Of a stretch of 45,697 nucleotides of DNA, positions 9,275-18,403 are shown piece after piece. The notes beneath the pieces are model-generated. The model was not told where the DNA came from. It made no database searches and saw only the letters and a list, made by a program, of their open reading frames with translations. How positions within the stretch are numbered: position 1 is the stretch's first letter; each line of letters opens with the position of its first letter. The translations under genes and the position numbers were made by a program. The stretch is taken from the sequence record SRR31156797_2194, one strand, 5' to 3'.

Positions 9275-12200
9275 TTAGATTCTTATTCCAACAAGTGTTA
9301 TATCATCTCTCTGCTGCTCTTCCGACATATGATCTTCTAACTCTCTTGTTAGAATTGTTTCTTGTTTTATTAAGTCATGATCTGCAATGTTAAGAATTAA
9401 TTCCTCTAATCTCGTCATACCGAATCTTTTGTTGTCAATATCATGTTGATAAACATATCCATCGGATAACATATAGATCATATCTCCTTCTTGAAGGGTT
9501 ATTTCATTATTCTTAAATACTCTTTTATCTTCTTTTTGACGCCCACCAATTGATTTTCTATCACCTTTAACCTCAATCAATTCTCTGGAATCAGAATTTT
9601 TCTTAGCTATGTATAATGATCTTTTTGCTCCGGCAAATTCGATAAGTCCATCTTGCGTATTTATTTTACATAAACAAACATCCATTCCGTCTAACTGATC
9701 TAATCTTCTCTTTTTAAGATTCTGCTTTTCCTGTCCAAGAGCTATCCTTGTTTCCACATGGAGATTCTCAAGTATCGAAGATGGTTGTAATACTCTATTT
9801 TCATTAACTATTTTATTTAGCAGTGTATTTCCAATCATTGATAAAAATGCTCCGGGAACTCCGTGTCCGGTACAATCTACAACAGCGAAAAATAAATTAT
9901 CTCCAACTTTTGAATACCAGTAAAAATCTCCAGATACAATATCTTTTGGTTTATAAATTATAAATGCCTGATCAAGATATTCTTTTATTTTTGTCATATC
10001 AGGTAGCACTGCATTTTGAATTCTTTTAGCATATTTGATACTACTTGTTATATTCATATTTTTAGAAATTAATTCTTCATTCATCTCATTTAGAGCTCTT
10101 GTTCTTTCATTTACCTTATCTTCCAGAGTTTTACTATACTCCTCCAGATTTTGATAAAGTTTTGCATTATCAAGAGCGATTGCCATCTCAGATGAAAGCA
10201 TCTTAAGTATTCTAACTCGATCTTGAGTAAAGGCATGAGTTGTTAAATTATTTTCTAAGTATAAAATACCCGTAATTTCATCTTTTGTAATTAACGGTAT
10301 ACAAAGTAATGATTTTATATCTTTAGCAGTAACATATTTATCATTTGTAAACATACCATCTTTAGTTGCATTATCAAGAACTATATTTTCTTTTGTTCTT
10401 AGACAATACCTAACTATAGATAACGCTAAATCTTTGCAATCTTCCAAAGGAATTGGAGTTAAGTCAATCTCTTCATTTTCTTTCAAAGAACCTTTAGCTT
10501 CTACATAAAATCTTGGTCCTCTTTTAATTAAAAGTGCTCCAAATTGTGCTCCTGCATTTTCCATTAAAAAATTCTTTAATTTAAGGATCAATTTTTCCAT
10601 AACAATTTCACTGGAAAGTGCCTGTGAAGCTTTCTGTAAACTTTCTAAATCAAGACTAGAACCTTCAATAATTGAACTTCTACTTGTCATGCTAATTGTA
10701 GGTATGCTTGAGGTTTTTTGGAGTGTCTCAGAGTAATATTCGTTAAAATTGTTAAGTGGTTTAGTTTTATTAATTACATGCGAATATTTTTCCTCTAAAA
10801 ATTCTACTTTATTAACTGCTTCCCATCTATAATATAGATATACAGCTTCTGTCATATATGGTGTTGCAATTTTATCTCTTTTTTTCTTTAATAGATGTTG
10901 AGCCATCAATTCATTTCCAAGACTTTCAAACATTAATGAGTTCATTCTTTCTGCTTCTTGAATAGCGTATTCATAGTAATCAAATGCCTTCGCATCATCA
11001 CCTTTGATACTATACTCTTCAGCAAGTAAAACAAACCACATAAACGCGAAGTTTTCTTTACAAATTGAAACCCATTTTCTTAAGTCTTCTTTATTTCGGT
11101 TATAAAGTTTTTTATGCTCATTATTTAAACTTTTGTATTTTTTTAGTATAGCTAAGCAAGTAAAGAAAGTATAAATTATTCTGGTATATGTTCCGTCAGT
11201 AACGACTTCTTTAGTAATTGCCGGGTTAGTAGCAGCTTCTACAGCTTCATCATATTTTTCATAATAGTAGTTTTTAATTATCTTACATACTGTGTGATAA
11301 AAAACTCCCATTGTAGAAGTTTTATTTTTTTCAAAATAATCTGCTGCTTCTTTTTCATCATCAATTTCATGATCAAGTGATTCTTTATCATTAATTGTTT
11401 TCATTAAATTCATAAATAGGTTTCTATGAAGCTTGTGAACGTGAAACGGCTCTATCTGCTTTGCCTTTTCAGAGAAATTTTTCTCTCTGTCAGCAGTTCT
11501 TACAATATCACTTAATGATTGTGATAGTATAACTTCCTGCCAGAATCCAAATAGATACATATATGAGGCCCAGAAATACTCACCAGTTTCAATTAGTTTA
11601 ATAAGTCCGGTTTTTCTAGGTTCTGTTAATTCCGCTAATGGTTGTTTCCAATATAAACAGAAGCTTGTAGACATAAAATATACTCTTGCTTCCATTGGCG
11701 GATATTCAGCAAATGGGTTATACTCCATAGCTAATTTTCCAAACTTATACGAATCCTCGAAATTATTTAATTTCGACCAAAGTAAACCGTAACCTGAATA
11801 AGCAAAAGATGCAACCGGTCCATTTCCATGTTCAAGTGTCAAATTAAACATTTTAAGTATAATATATGGAAGTAAGTTAGTATTACCTTGCAGATACGCA
11901 GGAGCTATTAACTCTTTTAGTAAACTAAAAATTGTATGGGTATTTTCATCAGTAAACTTAGGCATCTCCTTCAACATTTCAGGAGTTTTTCCAATCAGCT
12001 TAATTTTAGATTTCCCTAACTCTTTTACTAAATCAAACATAGTAGGATATCTTGGTATACTTACTTTATACATTTTAAGAGTCGATAGTGCAATTTCTAT
12101 TGCTTTATCCATCTCTCCGGCTCCACCGTAATATAAAATTAAAATACTATTTATCTCTACTTTTTCCTCATTTGATTTACAATCACGAATTAATTCATCA

Positions 12201-14662
12201 GCAAGTTTAACACCCTCACTATCATTTGAAAGTAAAAATTCAACTTCCAATAAACCTTTTCTAATTTTATAATTTATTTCATAATATTTTTCTTTATTTA
12301 ACTCTTTAATAAGTTCAAGTGCCATTAGATAATACTCTTTAGCAGGTCCGTAAGCAGTTGCTTCTTTAGCCTTATCTCCTGCTGAGAGATTTAAATGAGA
12401 TAATTTCATTTTTTCTTCTTTATCTGTTATTAAAACATAACTCTTATTCAAGTGCTCTACAATATCAAAAATTGCTGCCTCAAGTTCTTCTTGAGGAGTC
12501 TCTTTTAATAATAATCTTCCAATCTTTAAATGTGTTTCTTTTTTTCTTTCATCTTCAATTAACATATATGCTGCTTGCTGCACTCTATCATGAAGAAACT
12601 TATCAATTATTTCAGGAAATTCATCTGTTAACTCAAACTGATGAGAAACAAGTTCTTTAAGTAATGAATGTCCTTCTGTTTCTGCACTCAGATGCCCTGC
12701 CCTAACAGCAGGCCAAAGATTTTTCGCAACATCAATAATATTCATTTCACTAATAATTGCCAAAGTTTTAAGATTAAAAGTATTTCCGATACATGCTCCC
12801 AGTTTTAAAAGTTCTTTAGTTTCATCTGGAAGAGTTTCCAATTTAGCAATCATTAAATCAACCACATTATTGGCTATATCTTCTCTTCTTATCTTATCAA
12901 CATCCCATTCCCATTTTTCAGTTTGAGAGTTGAAGTTTAAGAATCCATTACTATATATACTCTTTAAAAATTGATTAACGAAAAACGGATTTCCATTAGT
13001 TTTATCAATAATTAATTTTGACAAAGGCTCTACTTCATTATATTCTCTGTTAACTGTCTCTGATATCATTTGATTAATATGCTCTAGCGTCAATGGTGTC
13101 AGAGTTAAAATAGGCATATCAACACCTTTAGTTCTAATATCCTCGGTCATCTGAATAAATGGATGATGTTCATCAACTTCATTATCTCTGTAAGCTCCCA
13201 TGAAGAAAAAATATTCATGCTTTTCCTCAGTTGTAAACAGTTTAATTAAGTTAAGAGTTGCTAAATCTGCCCATTGCAGATCATCTAAGAATAAAACCAG
13301 AGGATGTTCTTTTTTATTAAATACTTTTAAAAATTCTTGAAATACACTATTAAAACGATTTTGATTTTCCTCAGTTCCAAGATGTGAAACTTCTGGTTGA
13401 GGTCCAATTATTTTTTCTAACTCAGGAATAATTTCTATTAATACCTGACCATTAACTCCAAGAGCCTTTAATATTTCTTTTTTCCATTTCTCAAGCTCCT
13501 CAGTTGATTCACTTAATAGTTGCTTAATTAGAACTCCAAAAGCTTTTGAAATTGCTGAATAAGGGATATTTCTTTGGAATTGATCGAATTTTCCTTCTAA
13601 AAAATAACCATGCTTTTCTACTATTGGTTTATGAACTTCATTAATTAGCGAAGATTTTCCAATACCAGAGTACCCTCCAACTAAAAGTGACCTGAAATTC
13701 CCTTCAGATGCTTCAAGGAAAAGATTCATTAATAAGTCAATCTCCTTGGTTCTACCATAAAGTTTCTCAGGTATTTCAAAACGATCCGAGACGTCATTTT
13801 GACCCGGAACGAAATCTTCAATTATTCCATTTTCTGATAATTGCTTTTGACATAATTCTAAATCAAATTTTAGTCCAAAAGCACTCTTATATCTGTCTTC
13901 TGCTGTTTTAGACATCAGCTTCTCAATAATAAGGGCAATTGCTTCTGGTACATCATTTCTAAATTCACTAATTGATTTAGGGTTTTTAGCTATATGCGAG
14001 TGGATCCAACTCATAATATCGTTTTCACCATCAAACGGAAGTGAACCGGTCAATAATTCAAATAGTGTTACTCCTAAAGAATAAAAATCTGTCCTATAAT
14101 CAACAGGTCTATTCATTCTACCAGTTTGCTCCGGGGACATATAAGATAACGATCCCTTAAACATTTCAGCAGCCTGTCTCTGTTTTTCATTTGAAAGCTC
14201 ACTAGCTATTCCAAAATCAATAATTTTTATTCTTTCTTTTGAAGAGTTCCATAAGATATTTTTTGGTTTAATATCTTTATGCACAATAAATTGCTGATGG
14301 ATTTCTCCTAATACTTGTGCAAGTTGAATCGCTATCTCCAAAAACAGCTCTAGAGATATCTGTTTAATTCCCTCTATTAATTCCGAAATATCTCCGCCAT
14401 TAACATATTCCATGATCATAACTAAGTTATTTCCATACTTTACAAGGTCATATACTTGAGCAACTCCATTTGATTTTAACTTCTTATGCATTTGATATTC
14501 ATGTTGGAATCTTGCTATTTCATGCCTTGATGGGTATTCGTTATTTAGCATCTTCAAAATTACAACTTGACTATCTTCACTTCTTTTCCCTAAATAAATT
14601 TTGCTTCTGGGTGACTGATAAATTTCTTGACTAATTTCATACCCAGGAATATCTATATACAT
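9275..14662 (-). CDS. multidomain Ser/Thr kinase - AAA/STAND-like ATPase - helical repeat - GAF - PP2C/SpoIIE phosphatase
   Basis: Kinase HKDIKPKN, DFG, YMSPEQTGR; Walker A GYSGIGKS, Walker B LFLDDLQWAD; GAF LCIPL...LYLEN; PP2C VSGDFYW, DCTGHGVPGA, SDG, DDIT; start moved to ATG 14662 behind AGGAGG. Confidence 0.9.
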   Translation of the reverse strand: MYIDIPGYEISQEIYQSPRSKIYLGKRSEDSQVVILKMLNNEYPSRHEIARFQHEYQMHKKLKSNGVAQVYDLVKYGNNLVMIMEYVNGGDISELIEGIKQISLELFLEIAIQLAQVLGEIHQQFIVHKDIKPKNILWNSSKERIKIIDFGIASELSNEKQRQAAEMFKGSLSYMSPEQTGRMNRPVDYRTDFYSLGVTLFELLTGSLPFDGENDIMSWIHSHIAKNPKSISEFRNDVPEAIALIIEKLMSKTAEDRYKSAFGLKFDLELCQKQLSENGIIEDFVPGQNDVSDRFEIPEKLYGRTKEIDLLMNLFLEASEGNFRSLLVGGYSGIGKSSLINEVHKPIVEKHGYFLEGKFDQFQRNIPYSAISKAFGVLIKQLLSESTEELEKWKKEILKALGVNGQVLIEIIPELEKIIGPQPEVSHLGTEENQNRFNSVFQEFLKVFNKKEHPLVLFLDDLQWADLATLNLIKLFTTEEKHEYFFFMGAYRDNEVDEHHPFIQMTEDIRTKGVDMPILTLTPLTLEHINQMISETVNREYNEVEPLSKLIIDKTNGNPFFVNQFLKSIYSNGFLNFNSQTEKWEWDVDKIRREDIANNVVDLMIAKLETLPDETKELLKLGACIGNTFNLKTLAIISEMNIIDVAKNLWPAVRAGHLSAETEGHSLLKELVSHQFELTDEFPEIIDKFLHDRVQQAAYMLIEDERKKETHLKIGRLLLKETPQEELEAAIFDIVEHLNKSYVLITDKEEKMKLSHLNLSAGDKAKEATAYGPAKEYYLMALELIKELNKEKYYEINYKIRKGLLEVEFLLSNDSEGVKLADELIRDCKSNEEKVEINSILILYYGGAGEMDKAIEIALSTLKMYKVSIPRYPTMFDLVKELGKSKIKLIGKTPEMLKEMPKFTDENTHTIFSLLKELIAPAYLQGNTNLLPYIILKMFNLTLEHGNGPVASFAYSGYGLLWSKLNNFEDSYKFGKLAMEYNPFAEYPPMEARVYFMSTSFCLYWKQPLAELTEPRKTGLIKLIETGEYFWASYMYLFGFWQEVILSQSLSDIVRTADREKNFSEKAKQIEPFHVHKLHRNLFMNLMKTINDKESLDHEIDDEKEAADYFEKNKTSTMGVFYHTVCKIIKNYYYEKYDEAVEAATNPAITKEVVTDGTYTRIIYTFFTCLAILKKYKSLNNEHKKLYNRNKEDLRKWVSICKENFAFMWFVLLAEEYSIKGDDAKAFDYYEYAIQEAERMNSLMFESLGNELMAQHLLKKKRDKIATPYMTEAVYLYYRWEAVNKVEFLEEKYSHVINKTKPLNNFNEYYSETLQKTSSIPTISMTSRSSIIEGSSLDLESLQKASQALSSEIVMEKLILKLKNFLMENAGAQFGALLIKRGPRFYVEAKGSLKENEEIDLTPIPLEDCKDLALSIVRYCLRTKENIVLDNATKDGMFTNDKYVTAKDIKSLLCIPLITKDEITGILYLENNLTTHAFTQDRVRILKMLSSEMAIALDNAKLYQNLEEYSKTLEDKVNERTRALNEMNEELISKNMNITSSIKYAKRIQNAVLPDMTKIKEYLDQAFIIYKPKDIVSGDFYWYSKVGDNLFFAVVDCTGHGVPGAFLSMIGNTLLNKIVNENRVLQPSSILENLHVETRIALGQEKQNLKKRRLDQLDGMDVCLCKINTQDGLIEFAGAKRSLYIAKKNSDSRELIEVKGDRKSIGGRQKEDKRVFKNNEITLQEGDMIYMLSDGYVYQHDIDNKRFGMTRLEELILNIADHDLIKQETILTRELEDHMSEEQQRDDITLVGIRI

Positions 14663-14716
14663 AGTCGCCTCCTGAAAAGAAAAATTTATAATCAAATTTC
14701 TTTATTTTTTCTACCT

Positions 14717-14826
14717 ATTATATCATATTTGAAGCAAATGAGTAAAGCTGAATGCTAAATTTTTCCTAAGTTTCTTAACTATTCCGGAAAGATTTATTGG
14801 ACAAAATAAGTAAAATAAATTATACT
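14717..14826. promoter_or_regulatory. divergent promoter pair
   Basis: Minus strand extended -10 TGaTATAAT (14725-14717); plus strand TGGACA-17-TATACT (14798-14826). Confidence 0.55.
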
Positions 14827-14864
14827 AAATATAGTACAATTTATTCTGGAAGGGTGGAGAAAAA

Positions 14865-15656
14865 GTGGAGAAAATTGTAGTTTCAGATTTAGATAAACAA
14901 TTATTCGAAAAAGAAATAGACGCTCTAAAAAAAGCCTCAGAAATATGTGACTCTATAAGGTTTGACGACGGACTTAAATTCAATCATTTGGCAGAAGAAT
15001 ATCAAGCCTTAACAGCTTACTATGAGAAAATTTTAAGAGCAGCAATTAAAATAACAAACATTGGTGACAAAAGTCAACAAAAATTATATTTCGCCTTAGA
15101 AAAGATAAAACAACAAAAAAATGATATAGAGGAAAGAAATCGGGAATTATATCATCTTTCTATTTCAGATCATCTGACTAAAATATATAATAGAACATTT
15201 GTTATTGAAAAACTCGAAGACGAATTTGATAAATCAATCTTTTCTGATTCAAATTTATGCTGTATTTTATTTGACCTTGATCATTTTAAGCTAATAAATG
15301 ATAATCACGGTCATTTAGTAGGAGATTTTGTCCTTGAAAAATTAGCACGTCTTATAAAATCATCTATTTCCGATGCATATTATTTTGGAAGATATGGTGG
15401 AGAAGAATTTCTTTTAGTTCTTCCAAAAACTGATAAAAACAAAGGACTAGAAGTTGCTAATCATATAAGACAAAAAATTGAAGAAACACATTTTATATAT
15501 AATTCATTAGATATAAACGTTACTATCAGTTGTGGCGTCGCTGATAACCAAGCCATCAATGTTTCAAACATTGATGATTTACTTAACAATGCTGATAATG
15601 CTATGTATCAAGCTAAAAAGCTTGGAAGAAATCATAGTGTTATTTTTGAAAACTAA
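14865..15656 (+). CDS. diguanylate cyclase, SiaD-like
   Basis: DHLT, DLDHFK.IND..GH..GD, RYGGEEF, AMYQAKKLGRN; helical N-terminus with KITNIGDKSQ and no sensor domain. Confidence 0.9.
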   Translation: MEKIVVSDLDKQLFEKEIDALKKASEICDSIRFDDGLKFNHLAEEYQALTAYYEKILRAAIKITNIGDKSQQKLYFALEKIKQQKNDIEERNRELYHLSISDHLTKIYNRTFVIEKLEDEFDKSIFSDSNLCCILFDLDHFKLINDNHGHLVGDFVLEKLARLIKSSISDAYYFGRYGGEEFLLVLPKTDKNKGLEVANHIRQKIEETHFIYNSLDINVTISCGVADNQAINVSNIDDLLNNADNAMYQAKKLGRNHSVIFEN

Positions 15657-15681
15657 ATTAATACAATTATTATCATAAATT

Positions 15682-15710
15682 AAAAACAGAGCACCTAAGC
15701 TCTGTTTTTT
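15682..15710. terminator. bidirectional intrinsic terminator
   Basis: AAAAACAGAGC...GCTCTGTTTTT between convergent genes. Confidence 0.8.
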
Positions 15711-15712
15711 AA

Positions 15713-17263
15713 TTATTCATCTTCAAAGTCATCTATTAATATTTCATTCTCTTTTGCCTCTTTTTCTGCTTCTAAACGAATTCTTTCGAGTTCTATTTCA
15801 AGTAATCTTTCCTGCTCCAAATCCCATAGGATTCTCTCTAATTGCGAGTCATTTTTTTCAAGAAACTCTTCATAATTCTTATTATATATTTGATCAGGAA
15901 TTACTCCTCTTTCAAATGAATATAGTTGAATAATTGACAGCTCTATCTCCTTATGTGGAATTTTAACTATAATCCCTGTATTTGGCAGTTCGTATTTAAG
16001 AATAGCTTCTCCGGTACTTCTGAGAGCTCCTCCCTTTGTTTCTTCGCCAGAAGAAAAAGGGTCTCTAAAATGTTCAAGCAAAGATAGAAAACGTACTGAA
16101 TCGTGTATAAAGCTTGAATTAACCAATAAAAATAACTCACCATTAAAATTTAGCTCACTGTTAGAATTAAACTCATTTTTTTTATCTAAAGATTCAAATT
16201 TTTCTATTGTTTTTTTGAATACAGAGGTTTTCATTTCATTTTCAATAAGTTCAATTTCCTTATTTGAGTTTAATAAATATTTTTTATAAGGAATTTTCTG
16301 TTTTGCAAATCTTTTCGGATAAATAAAATTTCCATTTTGTAATATTAAATAAGACAACATCTCATTTAATATTACTCTACTTCCATTAGTATACTTCCGT
16401 AAATCAATAATTAAATTTTTAGTTTGAGATCTTTTCAAAGCTTTAAATAATATCTCAAATTCCTCTTGCGCGTAATCCAGTGGAATCTCTCCAACTAGAC
16501 CAATATACGCTGTTCCTGAATTAATTCTTTTATATAGGATTTCGCTTTTTTCTTCTACTCTCTTTTTTTCTTCTACTCGCTTTTTCAGCATTATTCTAGT
16601 CTCAGCAACTCTATTTTTATAAAGATATTTTACCAATAAACTTTCGCTGCTTCCATAATAATTATAAAAAAACTCATTGAACTTCTCTTTATCTTCCAAA
16701 ACTCTATACTTATGTGCTATTGATTCTCCATCTGTAAAAGTAAATATAGCTAGTTGATTTAATATTTTATCAATATCAACATTATTTATACTTAAAATCT
16801 GAGATCCATATGGAATTTCAAACTCCTTTGAAGTAAAGTAAATATCTGTCCCTATAAACTCTAAATTAAAAGGGATTTCTGAAGCCATATTGTAATTATT
16901 TTGTTCAACTAATGAATGAGAAATTTCAATATTCCCATCTCCTATCTTATCTAAAATTATATGTAAAAAATTATAAAAAGCAAAATAATCCATTTCAGCA
17001 TCAATTTTTTCAAGACTAAGATCAAAAAGTTTATCTAATTCTTCCTCTTCCAGATAAAATTCAGCATCAGGATGTATTTCGATTAATAAATTTTTAACTA
17101 AATTCAAATCCACCTCTAGCTCTTTTTTAGAATAAATTTTTACACCCTGGTGATTAGAGTTCTCTAATAAGGATTTTACTTCTCTATTATATTTATTAAA
17201 ATTTATTGCAAGGATAATTAAAGAAAACATCGAATATATAATTAGACTTATTAATTTACGCAT
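15713..17263 (-). CDS. secreted S41-family peptidase homolog, probably inactive
   Basis: Signal peptide; PDZ-like GSQILSINN; LIIDLR, GEETKGG, LPNTG, GVIPD; catalytic-Ser segment degenerate. Confidence 0.7.
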   Translation of the reverse strand: MRKLISLIIYSMFSLIILAINFNKYNREVKSLLENSNHQGVKIYSKKELEVDLNLVKNLLIEIHPDAEFYLEEEELDKLFDLSLEKIDAEMDYFAFYNFLHIILDKIGDGNIEISHSLVEQNNYNMASEIPFNLEFIGTDIYFTSKEFEIPYGSQILSINNVDIDKILNQLAIFTFTDGESIAHKYRVLEDKEKFNEFFYNYYGSSESLLVKYLYKNRVAETRIMLKKRVEEKKRVEEKSEILYKRINSGTAYIGLVGEIPLDYAQEEFEILFKALKRSQTKNLIIDLRKYTNGSRVILNEMLSYLILQNGNFIYPKRFAKQKIPYKKYLLNSNKEIELIENEMKTSVFKKTIEKFESLDKKNEFNSNSELNFNGELFLLVNSSFIHDSVRFLSLLEHFRDPFSSGEETKGGALRSTGEAILKYELPNTGIIVKIPHKEIELSIIQLYSFERGVIPDQIYNKNYEEFLEKNDSQLERILWDLEQERLLEIELERIRLEAEKEAKENEILIDDFEDE

Positions 17264-17446
17264 TTTTCCTCCAGTTTTATAATTATTTTTGGCTTCTTAT
17301 ATAAATTATATGAAATAACAATATAAAAAGTCAAATAGTTATCTGATTTATATTGTTATTTCATTAGATTCTAGATTTTACTTGACCTTTAACAACAATT
17401 TGGAGTATCATTAAGAGGGATCAAGTTTATTTTGTGGGGTGTGGTT

Positions 17447-18148
17447 ATGAGTGTTCTTTTAAGTGATATTTTAAATGTCCTAATACGAAAAATGGACTCG
17501 GGAAATGAAGTTTCAGTTGAGATTATTTCTTATAATCAAGAATTTAATTTTCTATATCTAAAACCTTTTATTGATTTAGATAATTTAGAGTTCAAAGAAA
17601 AAGATAAAATAGAAATGAAGTTAGTCCGGCATGACGGAATTTACTATTTCGATAGTAGCGTTGTAAAAACGGATCAAGCAGGTGGACTATTATGTATTAC
17701 GTCTCCTAAAACATGTAAAAAAATGAATAGAAGGAGAAGTTCTCGTCATAAATTCGAAACTGAAATCAAAATTAGAAGTGGTAATAACGATAAATACGGG
17801 CTTTCTTTTGATTTGAGTGAAGGTGGCTTAGGATTTTACAGTAAAGAATTTTTCTACACAGGTGATATTCTTTTTATAGATTTTTATAGTGAAGTGGAAA
17901 GAAAAAAATATCATGTTGAAGTAACTGTTAAGGACCTATTTATAGGAGATGATGGTTATATCAAATATGGTGTCCAATTTGCTGAATGGGTAAATGATGA
18001 ATTTAATCAATTGCATAAATTTTTGAAAAAAAGAGAAGATCATAAGAAAAATATTGAAAAGAAAAAACTTCAGGAGAAAGCAGAAACTACTTCTGAATTT
18101 AAAGGAAGCTTTTTTAATAAATTTATTTTTCCAAAAAAAATGAAATAA
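17447..18148 (+). CDS. PilZ domain c-di-GMP receptor (YcgR-like)
   Basis: RRSSR (RxxxR) and DLSEGG (DxSxxG) motifs after a beta-rich N-terminal domain; alternative TTG start at 17432. Confidence 0.85.
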   Translation: MSVLLSDILNVLIRKMDSGNEVSVEIISYNQEFNFLYLKPFIDLDNLEFKEKDKIEMKLVRHDGIYYFDSSVVKTDQAGGLLCITSPKTCKKMNRRRSSRHKFETEIKIRSGNNDKYGLSFDLSEGGLGFYSKEFFYTGDILFIDFYSEVERKKYHVEVTVKDLFIGDDGYIKYGVQFAEWVNDEFNQLHKFLKKREDHKKNIEKKKLQEKAETTSEFKGSFFNKFIFPKKMK

Positions 18149-18163
18149 AAACGACTAAAAATT

Positions 18164-18213
18164 AATAAAGATAAAGGAGAGTAGATCGAAATCTACTCTC
18201 CTTTATCTTTATT
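18164..18213. terminator. perfect 23-bp inverted repeat / terminator
   Basis: AATAAAGATAAAGGAGAGTAGAT-CGAA-ATCTACTCTCCTTTATCTTTATT. Confidence 0.7.
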
Positions 18214-18328
18214 CCGGTATTTACATTTCTTGAAATTACCGGACCATTTTTAAGTGTGTCACTATTTTTCTCTATAATGCATACATTTTTAAGAGAAAAT
18301 CTAAATAGAAATTTTGGATAAAAAATAC

Positions 18329-18365
18329 AAAAGAGACCAGCATTATACTATGCCAGTCTCTTTTT
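18329..18365 (-). terminator. intrinsic terminator of the efflux operon
   Basis: AAAAGAGAC...GTCTCTTTT stem downstream of the RND gene. Confidence 0.6.
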
Positions 18366-18403
18366 ACTTGACTAAAAGATTTGATGTTTTCTATATAAAT
18401 TCT

